Below the pieces are notes generated by a model. The model was not told the origin of the DNA and ran no database searches. It was given only the letters and a program-made list of their open reading frames with translations. From Chara braunii (lineage: Eukaryota; Plantae; Charophyceae), in NCBI GenBank assembly GCA_003427395.1, contig BFEA01000020.1:3051886-3115490 (forward strand): a stretch of 63,605 nt of DNA, read 5' to 3'. The translations under genes and the position numbers were made by a program. Every line of letters starts with the position of its first letter. Position 1 is the first letter of the stretch. Positions 37,634-51,125 of this stretch are shown in pieces.

Positions 37634-40600
37634 CGTTACATTAGCCAGTTGCCCGGGCCCATTCGTCCCCACTCTCTCGTGAAAACTTGCAGACAACGAA
37701 AAATACCATATTCACAACCACACCCCTTTCGTTTGCTCCCCCTGTCTCTGTGGTTTGGCCACGTCGCTGATGTAGCTCGCTTGTACTGCAGTATGACGAG
37801 TGACGTGGTGAAAACCGTATATTTATGAGCGATATCCAGTCATAGTATTAGCCTGCCCGCGGTAACGAGCGTCAAGCCTCTTCCCTTTTGTCAGGGGTGT
37901 CAAGCCTCTTCCCTATTGTCAGGGGTGAAAGAATTGCGAATGGCACACATTTCTAGAGAGGAAAAGAGGGAAGGGAGTCGGTCGAAGATGCTGAACTCCC
38001 GACCGAACAGAGGCGATCCCAACCCGCCACCAGGGAGGAGGAGAGTAAGCAGAGCACTAACTAAAGCACAGGAAGAAACAGTAGACAGAAACTACTACCT
38101 AGCTCACCTCTCGACCACGAATCACTGGCTCCGCTACGACAATGTCCATCACCTGGCATATCCCTTCCGCCTCTTCACTCCCTTCGCGAGACACATTATT
38201 ACCTCCTGCCTCCCGCTCCTCTCACCTCTCCTTCTACTACCCTCCTTCCTTCCTCAGGCTCCTCACGGTCTAGCCACGTGTTAACTTAAACTACGAGAGT
38301 GAGTCATGATCACGGGTGATAAGCACAGACATAGAAGCGCTCCTCGTTCTATAGACTGCTCCTATATCCCATCCAGCCAGAGGTGAAGATGCTCCGTTTC
38401 CGTCCTGCGGACAACAATGCCACCTAACTTCAAATGAACCCCACAGGGAAGAGGAGGTAGGGATGGTAGGGAGGAACGAAGAAAGACCTGCTGCATTCTA
38501 CACTCCACCGGTCTGTCTACTCAAGACCTTGCGCCGGTCTGTCTACACATCTCTTCGAAGACGGACACAAGGGGGCGCCAATGCTGAACGAACAGCTCCC
38601 AGCTGATCGCCCGCAACTTGCGCTGTTCGCACACCTCCCTCCCTTCCCTCCAAACTCCGAACCCCTGCACTTCGCTCTCTCCACTACTTGTGTACAGTTG
38701 ATTGCCTCCCCGTCCTTCCGACCTCTCTTGCCTCCCCGTCCTTCCGACCTCTCTTACCTCCCCGACCCCCACTTCGACTCCCACCCACTTCCACCTCGTC
38801 GGCCTACACTCGCGGGAGGAGACAGCGATGCACGCAGTCACCGTAAATTCGCTTCGTCTTTCCCTGTCAGCATTAGCAAGTGACACCCGTCGAGCACTCT
38901 TCCAACACTCCCCAAATATAAAAATCGCGAATGCACGTCGCCACGTTCTGCAGTAAGATACGTTCCGCATTTTCGCACTTGGAAAATACTGGAAAGAGCC
39001 CGGACCCAGTTCGAGCGGGCAAACACAAGTTGACAGGTGGGATCAACCCGCGGCGATCGCCTCGCCTCCGCCGCCCCCCCGCCTCGCCTCCGCTGCGCCC
39101 AGCCCGCCAAGCCCTCGGCTTCGCTAGCCTTCCCTGACCTACTGCGTCTGCCAGGTGAAACCGAAACGTGGGCTTGCTTCGTTAGGCTGAGGAGCGACTT
39201 TCGATGGGGCGGTAGGTTGTCGCACGAACATCACTCATTGCACGACAAGTTGTGCCGCCCCAGGCCAGGCCGGCCTGAACGAGGAAATGGGCGGCACATC
39301 TCTCAGTAGGAGTCAGGCCGGAGATCCATCGGAGATCCCACCGCACGTCCGATTGGGAAACGCAACCCCCCTCCTCCCAGTCTGATCCCCCATCGAAATC
39401 GGAAAACAGGGTTCAACAAAAGCCCCAGCCCGCCCGTAATAGGATCGATTCCATCTACGACCCAAATTGTCTCCGAACAGGAAATTATTATTGAGAAAAA
39501 GGTGGAAGTGTCCGAAGTGAAAAAAAAAAAAAAGGATTGATGAAGAGTGCTCTTGTGTGTTCTTTTCCTGTTCTTTGTTCGGGATACTTGACCTCGTTCA
39601 TGATTGGGGCAAAACGAAACCCGAGAAAACAACAACCAAAAAGAACAAAAAAAACGAAACAACATTCGCAGGGAGTGGCTGCGAGGCACAGGACGGGATG
39701 CAGAACGACCCCTGCCCTCGTGCGCCAGGCGGGCCCGCACCTGGCCCGTCCGCTCCGTTCGACGAAGAGCACGCCACCGTGTACCGACCCTGCACGGGTT
39801 CCTACGGCCGCTCTCGCTGTCTCGCTTGGTGGGGCCTGTCTGCTCTTTTCTTCTTCTTTTTTCCCCTTCATTTTTGAACCGTAGCATTTGCATACGGAAC
39901 TGAGCATTTGCATACGGAACTGACCGACCTCCCCTCTGTCCCAATAACCGTAGAGACTGTTCTTTCCTCTCTCGTCCTCCGCCTACCTCCCTCCCTCCCC
40001 GCCAAACGTGTCGCCGAATTCGAACTCCTGAAGTGTTTTTTGCATGTGAGCACCCGTAATCGGACTGCCTCCCAACCATAGCACATCCATCAGTGGGCTC
40101 CGCGCCCTCTGCAGACTGGCCTCTTCGGACTGTCCACGGCCGGGTCCCACATTGTGACACCAGGTAGCGGGAAACCAAAAGCAAGTGCATTGAATGTGGA
40201 CAAACAGGGGGGCCCGAAGTCATAAGAACACACACCAGGGGCCGGGACAGACTAGCATCGTTTAAAACGATGTGTGGCGTTCTTTTCTCATTTAAAAACG
40301 CATAAACAATGCTACTTTTCATTTACACGAATGCAGAGAAGAGGACCCAACGAACGAAAAATCACGGGCCTGACATCGACATCATGACAGTACAGGCTGT
40401 GCATCCACAGTTCCTCCAACCCGGTACATCTGCATGCGACCTTCCCACCGGCCTGTTCCCAGTCTTCCATGGAAATCTCAATATTGAATATTCTCAATTT
40501 CTGCAAAAACAAAAAAAAAAAAGCAAGGCGCGAAGTTTCAAAATCAGCCCCCCCCTAAAGACACCATAGAATTGAAGCTTCGCACCAACGCAAAGTAGCC

Positions 40601-43600
40601 AACTAAATGGCCAACAAATGAATTTTCAAAAATTGTACTGGCCGGTGGGCAGCTCCCTCCATAAAAACAAAGAGAATCGACATTAGCAGTCAATACGCAA
40701 AAAGATCAACGACTGACCTTTGTCACGGACAGCCGCACGTGATCGAAAACCACAGAGCACAAGCGTAAATCGGACCTAGCCGGTCTTGGCTCCAGGTAGC
40801 GGGAAAACAAAAGGAAGTGCTTTCCCCCCCTCTCAAAAAAAAAGGAAGTGCGTTCAATGTGGACAAAAAAGGGGGTCCAAAGTCGTAAGAACACCGACTT
40901 CTTCAGGGCAGATACTCACACTAGGACCTAAGGTCACAAATATTTGAGGTACTGCCAATTTGCAACTTTGGGTACCCGTGTGGTCACACGGGCGGACTCT
41001 GTCCTCAAAGGACACAGTCGCGGCCCTGACATTTGCACCTCGCAGGAACTGCAGGTAGTCACACTGCTTACACTCAAGAATATATAGAGGGGGGGGGGGG
41101 TTTCAATGCTCAAATAACACGCGTTTCTTTTCTTTCTCATGCACGAATTTCTTTTTTTTTTTTTCCCTCAAAATTCAATTTCATTACTCAAATCATTCAG
41201 AGGCTGGAGTCCTCTACATCACTTCCCCGTTCAAACTGGTGTCTGGAAACGTCATCCAACTTCGCTTACAGGCTGAAAACCTGCAGGTCTTTCCTTCAGA
41301 CCCAGCAGCTCGTTGGCTGCATAGTCATCTACAGACCACAGACTACCCTACCTAATTCCTACAGATGGTGCAGTTTTCCCTGTACAGCTAGCAAAATCCT
41401 ACGGAGTTCCCTACTCAAAAGAGGAGTAGCCGCCAATGTTAAACCACTAGTACTTGGCCCAGCTATTGATGCCGAGCCGGGAAACGCCCTGCGTGCCAAG
41501 TTTTGTCAAACCGATGGTTCGGCGTTTTATTTCAATTTTGGCTGGCGCCTCCAGCCATTGTGGTCTGGTACCCCGAAGCCCATCGGTTGCCGCGCGTTAA
41601 CGGGAAACACCCGCCGCCGATGTATGGGCCAAGTAATGGTGGTTAAAAAAATCCTATAACAAAACAAGCAATGAGATTTACTACGAATGCTGCTAAAATA
41701 CGACCCTACCTCCCATTCCAGAGGCTATAAAGGTCTGGGGATTGCATCCAAGAGGCTACACCTACTATTAGTCTACGATGTTTGTTCTACCCCAGTCCTA
41801 TTCTCGGGACATGCACAAATGTCTAAAAATACCTCACTGAGAAAGAAAAAATTAAAAAGGTAATTTGAGACCATCTTTGGAGGTGGTCTCAAAAAGGGTC
41901 CGCCTGCGGCCCCACAGGGTGCTGACAAAAGGGTAACAAAAACGTACAATTGGGTAGCAGACCTCTCCAATGTGACCCGAAAACTGCCTCAACTTTTGGG
42001 ATTTAAGGTCATCAGGTCCTCGTGTGAGTATGCCCTCAGGGCATACTTACACGCGGACCAAAAACCTCAAACTTTTGCCTCTAACTTTTGAGGCATTTGG
42101 GTAGGCTTGTTTGGGACTTTTGGTCCTCCTGTGGTCACACGGACGGACGAACGTCGTCCGTCATGGCCCTAACACTTCGCCCGCTGGGCAAGTTGCATAG
42201 TCGCATCAGTGAGGACTAACAAAGTAGATGGAGTTTTTTATTATGGCCCGAAAAGTGACTAACATTTTGGGATTTAAGGTCATTTGGTCCTCGTGTGAGT
42301 ATGCCCTCAGTCACAAGAACACACTCCACAGGTTGGCGGTCTGGAAAGCTTGTTGGCGGAAGTAGGCGGCGGGAGGCCACCACAAACGGAGAGCGGTGGG
42401 AAGAATGGACTCCACCACGCTCGTGGAAAACTGCGATAGTGGAAGCGCTTTCCGAAAAATGATTTTTTTTATGGTTTTCGAAAAAGGAAAGGTCTTCATG
42501 GGGTGTTGTTGTTCCAAGGTCCAGGCGCGTTCGGGGACGGCGGTCTCCATGTGCACCAGTGTGTGACATGGAGTGACAGTGGTGTGCGAAGGGCGAGGGT
42601 TGCGGGACACAATGAACCGCTAACGAGTTGGCCTCTTTGAAGTGGCAAAGCGTCGATGCAGAGGGACGCCCCGAGTATGCACAGGGAGCAGGGTTTTTAA
42701 TGTGTGCTTGCGAATGCAGACCCAGGAGAGCGAAGCGGAGTGGAGTTGTCAATAGTCTTCTCCACGTTTTGGCAGTGTTGCGCCATAACTCACAATGGGT
42801 AAGGGAGGATCGTTGCTTATGGTGTTTGGAGATAGAGCATGGTGGTGTGGTTCACCTCACGGATGAGGATGGCAGTGAGGAATGAGAGGAATATGCTCTT
42901 CATTGTTATGAAGCTCATGCACTAAGTGAATCGTCATGATGTTGCTGCATTGTTTATCCAGGAGGAGGCTTCACTATTGACTCTGCGAGACAACAAATTG
43001 GTGATTACAGTGATAGTACTAAGCGGCGTGGTTTGCCACACCCTGTCGTTGTTTGCATTGTAGAGCAATGTGGATGAATGCAGGAGGTGTGAAAGGAGAG
43101 TGTCGATGCTTGAACGAAGTGGTGAAGTGTGGGAGGATCTTGTGATAAGCCAAACTCCGTACCTCGCGGCTTCACGTACCCTTCACGTACCCTTCAGAAT
43201 AAACCCCAAAGCGAGCCCCAAAGTACAAATTTCGACTAATTAAAAAAAAAAGGGTCTGGTCTAAATTTTTGGAGGTTATACGCATGCATCTTTCAGGTTT
43301 GTCCTTGTCCTTGTTCGAATTAGTCTCATGCGGCTCACTAGCAACCGCATGGGAATTTAAAAGAAAATGATTATGAATTCAGTTGATCGTGTTTTTAGCA
43401 TTTGTTTATCAAACATGCGTACGCGTGACTGACTTTGAACTTTTGCTTGCGACGCAAGCTCGCTTTCCGCTTGCATGTGTAGACAAATTTTATTTATTGT
43501 CGTTCTTCATCCATTCGCACCCTTTCGTCTTCCTCTCACCCCCTCGTTTTATTTTCCCCTTATTCTTTGGCATGATTGATTGATAACTAGAAGCAGAGGA

Positions 43601-46489
43601 ATGAAATGTGACATGATACAATCCTAAGGTCTTGAAGGCAAATGCCTCAGTGTTGAAAGGAAAAAATAGTAATAAAGCACAAAATAATGTCATATCGTTG
43701 AACCACTAAGAGTGGGATGGTCTCTGAGGGGGTGAATACAGCGTAAGAATCAAAACTTCTGAAGACAGTCACACACAAAGGTGAAATAAGTCATCAAACT
43801 CGTGGCGCAGGAGTGGTAATGAAACCAAACGAATGACCCTAATAGATAGACCATCAAAGCGCGTAATGCTTAACAAAAGGGTGACACCATGCAAGTGCGA
43901 CCATGAAAAGGGCGTCTGAATTGAAGAGGATATGCTTAACTGAAGGCATGCAATGGCCAACATTAGGGTGATGAGGGTAGTGGGTGAGGGAAACATGCAC
44001 ACAACTCACCGACTGAGAGAGGAAGCGAGATCTGGAAGAAGGGAAACCAAGATAACTCCGCAGTCTCAATGCCTACAAGTGAGAGTCTAACTTTAGGACA
44101 ACCAGTCAAATGAGAACCATCATGCGACACACAAAATAATATATAATACACAGTAGGATTGAGGTGTGAAGTAGTCACGTCCAAACTGGTTGAAGGTGAT
44201 GCAGTAGTTGAAGTTCTCGAGGTAATCGATGACGTGGATGAAGTAGGAGTCAAGGTCGATGTCGAAGCAGAGCCACAAAACGCCGACCTCCTAAAGCAGT
44301 TGATGATAGAGTACATGATAGTGTGATTCGGTGAGAGAAGGAAGGTGATAAGAGTGTCAGTCGTTGAGACGCAGAGGGCAACGACGAGTGCGTTGTAGAC
44401 TCTCAAAGATGTTCATCTGCTCCAAAAGAACAGCCTTAGAGGGAGCAGGCTCGTCCTCAGCAATCTCCTCAGCCGGAAGAGAAGGAAGAGGATCAGTCAG
44501 TTAAGCAAGGCCAGACATCTCAACAGAACGAGCACGATCATATGCACATACAAAAATTCTAGCCTGTTGCGAGGGTTCGCGAGATTCCCAAGTATCCTCT
44601 TCACCAATATATCTCATAAAACGTACAAAATAATCGATGAACAGAGGGGTATCGTCGGAACTCAGCGAGATATGATGTCGGAAATAGTAAACTGCTTGTG
44701 AGCGTACACCATGATAGGTGGATGACGCTCATAAGGGCGTTTTACGAATCGCTCGGACGGTCTGCTGTCAAACCCATCGGTCTCGCACCACACAGGGCGG
44801 GACCCTCCCAGCCACGTCAAGCAAGAGTTGGTCTGGTCCTCGTCGTGATACACATGAAGCTTTCGCAAGTCACTCCAATCGAGTGCGCCAGCCATACCTC
44901 TCGCGAACCCCTACGACAGGATAGGGCCAACGCGAGGCACGCCTTATCTCCACCTTACGAGAGTTGTCACCTCCCTTCGGTGGGCGTATCCCCCCCGAGC
45001 TACCAGTCCACAGTACGAAAGCTTATCAGTTGCAATCGCAGAGGTGGACTAGTCGATGACGTTTCTCGTTCGCTTTACCATAGGGGGTACGCGCGGTCTT
45101 ACGCCTCTATCGAACCCATACGTGAACCGACGCACTGGGGGGCTGAAGTCCCAAGCGCAACTCGTCGTCGGTCGACGAAGACGCATCCCACATACCACGC
45201 GTTACACCACAACACTCACACGTACGGAACGACACAAAACAAACAACACAACAACAATCTTAGTCCCTTTTGTAGCCATCCCGTAACCTTCCAACGTGAA
45301 AATCGGATACACGACTCACGCGAGACTTAATATAAAACTGCGCGGATGCAAAGCCTTCCCATATCGATTAGCAATGCATGATTACGCAAACAGTCATAAT
45401 GATAGCGTACTATGTAGTGCCCATAATCAAGCGGTCCCTCGTGGATCCGAGTACCGCTTATGACACTCAAGTGTCAATCTCGAAGTATCGTGATGGTCGA
45501 CCCCTTCACGATATTGCGAGGCTGAAGGAACAGTCGTTCGGCCCTCGCGACACCTTCGACCTTTAGGGCGAGTGTTCCTGTGGGCAAGGCAAATAGGCTC
45601 TGCGCGGGGGATGATCCCTTCTACACGGAGTCCAGGACTTGCGATGTCCTGAACAAGGACCTTGAATCCAGACCCAGGACCAACGTCTGACGAAGAATTT
45701 TTAAGAAGCAAAAACGGTACAGGAAGGGAAGTCTTCTTTCCTCTCTCAATCTCAGCCTCAATCAGACCCTTGAGCGCATACCCTTTAGGCCACGCAAACA
45801 AAAACATAGGTATATACATATACATAAAAAATAATAAATATGTGATGATCACTTCTCACAATCACAGTGAGACTCCTTTCATCCATACATATGTATGTGA
45901 TAGCAGACAATCAATTACAAGATCCGAACCATAAAATATATCTGCAATCACATCAAAAAATCAACCAAAATTTCACACACTACACGGGGTCAACTTCAAC
46001 CACTCTTTATACTCATACCCCTTGCTTTAGCCATGCAAACCTCAGCCTTTGTCCAACCCATAAAAATAAGTACTCAGTACCTTTGTTAAATGGTCATTCA
46101 ATAAAAGTTCGGGTGAAAACCTTAATAAAACAATAGAAACCACTGGCGCTAAAACCTTTTAGGTTGGGTAATGAGAATGAATTGGAGTTGAGTCGTAGAC
46201 CGACAAATCGGCAACCGACGTGCTATCAATGATAACAAAAAATGATCCTTGTAGGATCAAACTTAAACTAATCCAAATCTTGAATCAGAACGATCAAAAG
46301 GAATTGTATCATAAGACAGGTCAATGCCCAAGCTAAATCATCAGTATATGGGGAATATATCTCTATAACACATCCTTTCTTAATAGTGTCTGCTAAGTAA
46401 ATCTAAGTTTGTCCTTAGTTAGTGTCTCAAAAAAGGTAGATTTTTGGCAGAATTTCCCTCATTCATGGTGCATTGTCAGAATCCTCACC

Positions 46490-47090
46490 TGTCAAAATAT
46501 AGTCTAACTCCTTTAAATTAAGAAAATTTCAGCAGCGCTTCCCGTAGGAGAAGTGTCTTTTCAGAATTTATATTAGCTCGAATATAAAAATTAAAATATT
46601 CTCTAATTTTGAAAAGTCAAATTTTGTCTAACTCTCTGAATTAATAAAAATTTGGGCAGTACTCCCTTTAGAAAAGGAGACCTCCCAAATTTATATTAAG
46701 TATGATACGAACTTAAGGCAAAAACTTGAGTTCAACTAAGACAAAATTTAACTAGCTCCTTAATTTTGTAAAACTTTCGACAACACTCCCTTTAGAAAAA
46801 TGTTAGCCCAATATTTATACAAAGCTAAGTTCAAAATAAAAAATAATTTTATTTCTCAAGGTCCAATTTTGTCTAATCCTTGATTTAGTAAAAATTTGGG
46901 CAGCACTACCTTTAAAAAATGATACTTTCCATATATTTATTAAGCCATACATAAATTTTGGACAAGTTGAACTTTGAAAAGACAAAATTTGACTAACTTT
47001 TTGGTTTTGTAGAAATTTCGGCAGCGCTTCCCATAGAGAAAATTTTTTACCAAGATTTATACAAGACCAAGTATAATAAAAGATCATAGA
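46490..47090 (+). repeat. Five diverged ~120-124 bp tandem repeats
   Basis: Anchor (t/a)cta(a/g)...aaa(a/c)tt..(g/a)ca.cact.cc..tag near 46503, 46627, 46751, 46872 and 46992. Confidence 0.8.
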
Positions 47091-47344
47091 AAATGCAAAA
47101 TTTAAAATATAAACTCAACTCATAAAATGCAGAAATTGAACTAACTCTTATTGCTCTAGCACGTGGTGAGCAACCAAAGCAACTACCTATCAAACTAAAA
47201 CTTAGACCAAGTAGCGATCTCACTCAGTCACATGGAAGACCGAATCACATTGGTAAGTACTCTCACCCGTCCCCAAGTCAAATCCTCCAAGGTTAGTTTG
47301 TGAAACCCTCAGATGGTTGATCCCTTGCACCCAACTTACATATG

Positions 47345-48600
47345 ACATGATGCTATTCAACTTAGAAACAATGTCTAACATCCCTTAAGTTATACACAAA
47401 CAGGTTGCACACCTAATTTTCTCTTCTTTTGGGCATATGACTAGACCATTCAACTTATAAATAATGTCTAGTCGCCCTGAACTATTTAATATTCAAAGTT
47501 TAGTAATTTGTCACTTTGTTCTAAAAAAGAAATAAAAATATGGGCAGGGGAATGAACCATTCAACTTAGAAACAATGCTTAGTTTGCCTAGATTACTTTC
47601 AGTTATACTTTGTAATTTTTATTCTTTTCTTAGTGATATGGCTTAGCACTGGACCATTAAACTCAGAAACAATGTCCAACTGTTAGTTCACATGCAAATA
47701 TAAATAATGTATTTTCTGTCAGGCCAAACCATTCATCTTAGAAACAATGCTTAGTCTTCAACAGAAAAATTCTCATGAGAAATTAAAGTTGAAAAAACAT
47801 TCCATAAAAAAAAAATCCTTCATATTTATAAATTATCATTATAATGTTTTTCCAATTCTAAAATTTCCAATTTAATTTGATAAGTTCCCGTCTAAATATG
47901 AGCTTTCCCTTTCAACTGCATCTATTTGTTCAAGATGGAATGAAAGTCTGAACGAGTTTATGAAATGTTTTAATTAGACTTTCATTCTACTACAACAAAT
48001 ATCGTCTAATTTAGATTGGGTTAACCTATTTATGACTGGAAATCCTTACTTAGAATGACAGTCCAATTAAAATATTTCATGAACTCATCCAGACTTTCAT
48101 TCCATCTCTAGCATGCAGTTCAACTAAGAAGATACCCCATTCTTGGAAGGAAAGTTTTCAAGTAAGACGGAAAATTTTAAAATTGGAATGACATTTTAAA
48201 AGATGGAATGAAAATTGAAAATTTATAATGTAATTTTACTCTAAAATGATTATTTAATTCTGGAATTTTTTTCTGTTGTTAGGCTAGAAATTCTCCCTCA
48301 TAAATAAAACAAGAGGCTAAACCATTCAGCTTAGAAACAATGTTCAACCTATCATCAAATCATTCAAAGCATGAAATTGGATTCTTCAGCCCAACTTCAG
48401 TCAGAACCCTCCGCAAAAACAGACAGACCAAGCCATTCACTTAGAAACAATGCTTGGTCCCAAAGATCAGTCAGAAAAACCATCAGAAATAAACATGGCA
48501 ATCATGCCATTCAACTTATAAACAATATTTGGTCCTTCAAAAAACAATCAAATAAATATAGCCCTGAGCCATTCAACTTAGAAACAATGCCCGGTCTTTG
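47345..48600 (-). repeat. Array of nine 21-nt conserved motifs (CCATTCAACTTAGAAACAATG), most embedded in individual hairpins, with unique spacers
   Basis: Copies at 47353, 47446, 47557, 47654, 47729, 48322, 48433, 48507 and 48569. The flanks differ between copies yet mostly stay self-complementary. Confidence 0.88.
47760..48278. other. Long imperfect inverted repeat (foldback)
   Basis: Arms 47933-47989 and 48051-48107 are reverse complements at 51 of 57 positions. Outer paired blocks: aactgcat/atgcagtt, ttccaatt.taaaattt/aaattttaaaattggaa, cattataa/ttataatg, aacagaaaaa/tttttctgtt. Confidence 0.85.
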
Positions 48601-49792
48601 ATTGACCCGGTCAAACGCATGCAAACTGCCTTCCTCCCACCTTCCCCCATTTCATCTCTTAATCTACTTTCAACCGAAATAAAGAGAAACTTAAGCTTCG
48701 CACACACACATACCTTCCTTTCAGTCTGATTGAATTCTGAAAAGAAAACAAAATCATTGGGGATCACATTCATACAACAATAAAACTAGAGGGAGATAGT
48801 TAAACAGGGGCGTACTGGGATCATACAAACAGAAAGATGGTATATCTGATGGTTCCCTGCCTCCAGAACCTCGCTTAGGTTCCGACAGAGTTCCCGTGGT
48901 CAGTGGGTTGATTCCCCACAGAGTCTTGTTGTAGTCCTACATGTTGCAATCCCGCATACCGCCTTCCTTTCAGAACAAGACTAGACTTAGAGTAAGAAGG
49001 ATAGAAGGAGGGTTTTTAGACTTGCCTGAGGGCCCCGCAATGGCAGCCAAACGCACAACAACCCCGTCATACTGAAACCAAATACTAGTTGTAGACTCCC
49101 GGACAATCCTTTCAACTCGGAGTAATACCCCTTTCAACGTGCCCCACCCCTTTGTATGTCAAAATCTGAAATGTATTGGTCACAGGTAAGCTTGCACCTT
49201 TGCAGTTGACCTGTGGCTACACATGCTGACAAGCTGATTGGTACACGGCTAACAGGCCAATTTGCAGTTCCCACAGCCAGTCTGCTACAGTCTTATTAAG
49301 CGAGCTGGTTGCTACATTGGTCATCCGATAAGCTTTTAAGCCTTCAGGTTCGCTTGCTCTGCCGCTTCAATCGATGTGATGGACAACACGTCTCTCAACT
49401 AGTAAGTCCCCTATCCGATGGCTGCTCCCCGCCGCTTTGTTCGACGGGATAGGTCGCGGTTCGGCGACAAGCAAGCCTTCAATTCCACGGCTTCCCCTTG
49501 CTCTGCTGCTTGTTCAAACGAGCAAAATCAGAGTAAATCCATCGCTCGAGCACAGAGGCATTCGTTGTTCTCTCTCTGACTTGTTACACCGCGAAATCGA
49601 ATGAGTTTCCGTCACGGAGATAGTCGATGCCTTCCCAACATGTCAACACGGTGGGTGGTTACGATCTTGGCGACTTTCCGTTGTTTCTCAGACATGTGGA
49701 GGAACGGTGAATGTGCTTTGAAACATGGGTAGATTCTCGCGAAATTACCCGCAGGTATGCCTCGTTACCTGGTAGTATGGCTGCACTTCCTT

Positions 49793-50074
49793 TTTACCCC
49801 GCATCATCTGCTCATATCGTTCGTTGTTTCCTCCTCTTATTGCAGTCTCAGGTATGTGCGCTCCATCTCCCTCTATCTCTCTCTCTCTCCGTGCTTTTAC
49901 CGCTCTCCTTTGCGCAGCCTACTAAATGCTTCGTTTACCCCGCATCGCCTGCTCTTGTCGTTCGCTGTCTCCTCGCCTCATTGAAGTCTCAGGTATGTGC
50001 GCCCCATCTCCCTCCAACTCTCTCTCTCTTTCCGTGCTTTTACCGCCCTCCTTTGCGCAACCTACTAAATGCTT
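49793..50074 (+). repeat. ~140-bp tandem duplication
   Basis: tttaccccgcatc...gtctcaggtatgtgcgc...gcagcctactaaatgctt twice. Confidence 0.85.
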
Positions 50075-50559
50075 AGTCTCGCCACCTAATCTTGATCTGT
50101 TCTTCTCTCACCTCGCCGTTCATATCCTAAGTGGTGAAAACACTTGACCACTATCATGACCAGGTTCAACCGTATGCAAGCCAAAGCACCAGGCACAACT
50201 CCCACCCTACATACAGCCCAAACCGTCACTCAAACAGTTAATTCGACTCTGCAAAATGGTTCGCAATGCTTCAAAAGCTCAGTGCAATATCCTAGTTTGT
50301 CCGATTATGAGAAGAATCGGGCGAGATATTTAACTTTTGGTCTTCACCTCCGTCACTCTCCTAAGGCTTTCGCGCATCTCGTTTTTCCTACTAACTCCCA
50401 TTATAGATCTTCACTCACCATTGTAACTCCCCCATCGGACTCGCCCGGTGTCATAACCCCTGTTTGTTATTTCGTTTCACTCAATTTCATTGAGAGTCGA
50501 GCGAGGAATCACTTTCCGTAGTTCTGTCATAGCCACTGCCGCCAATTCTCCTCACGGTC

Positions 50560-51100
50560 CTGTTGCGGGACTATGCAAAGGTCTGTCACACATAAAAGGC
50601 ATTTACCAGCCATCTGTGGAACAACACAGAGAGCACGATATCCTCTTCACTTTCACAAAACAGAATCACCGTCAGATTCACAAGGTTGTGACCTCCCAAC
50701 TTGATCAAAGCAAGAAAATCACACATCTTAATGACGTCTCCCAAATAAATCACTTTTGCGACCTCCAAGATTTTCACCAATGGCCAAATAAAAACTTGGT
50801 TCTTCTTGTCAGACTTTATCTTTCAAACCTGCTTTTCATGCTATTAAATATTTTAAATGTCTTTTTAATTGAAGAAGGTCTCTCTCATTAGGTCTTCTAA
50901 TCATCCCTTTCTCTCTAGGATGAGCTTTCACATGACCTTTTTAAAACATCTTCTACTGAAGATGAGTCTCCAAATGAACAAATAACCACCTTTCCTCTTA
51001 AAGGTGTCTCAACCATAAAACCATTCAAACCGAGAAACCAACTTATGGGTCTTCGTCACAATTCAACAATAAACATTCGGCATGGTAAGCATCCGAGTCT
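50560..51100 (-). pseudogene. Very decayed retrotransposon gag remnant
   Basis: Minus-strand remnants LRGKVVI and AGLKDKV*QEEPSFYLAI resemble gag LxGxAxxW and GLxxxI...PxxxxxA motifs. Confidence 0.35.
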
Positions 51101-51125
51101 CAGAACCCCATAAATCTCTTAGGAT

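Noticed and set aside
35635-38340. Defined LTR retrotransposon or host gene
   Set aside because: Composition suggests gag/LTR debris, but no diagnostic motifs, paired LTRs or PBS could be fixed.
39303-40322. 339-aa CDS
   Set aside because: GC-rich non-coding-looking sequence with homopolymer runs and local repeats; no domain-like features.
47345-48600. True CRISPR array
   Set aside because: Eukaryotic TE context, no cas genes, spacers of irregular length, and pairing comes from variable flanks rather than from a fixed repeat. Kept as a hairpin array instead.
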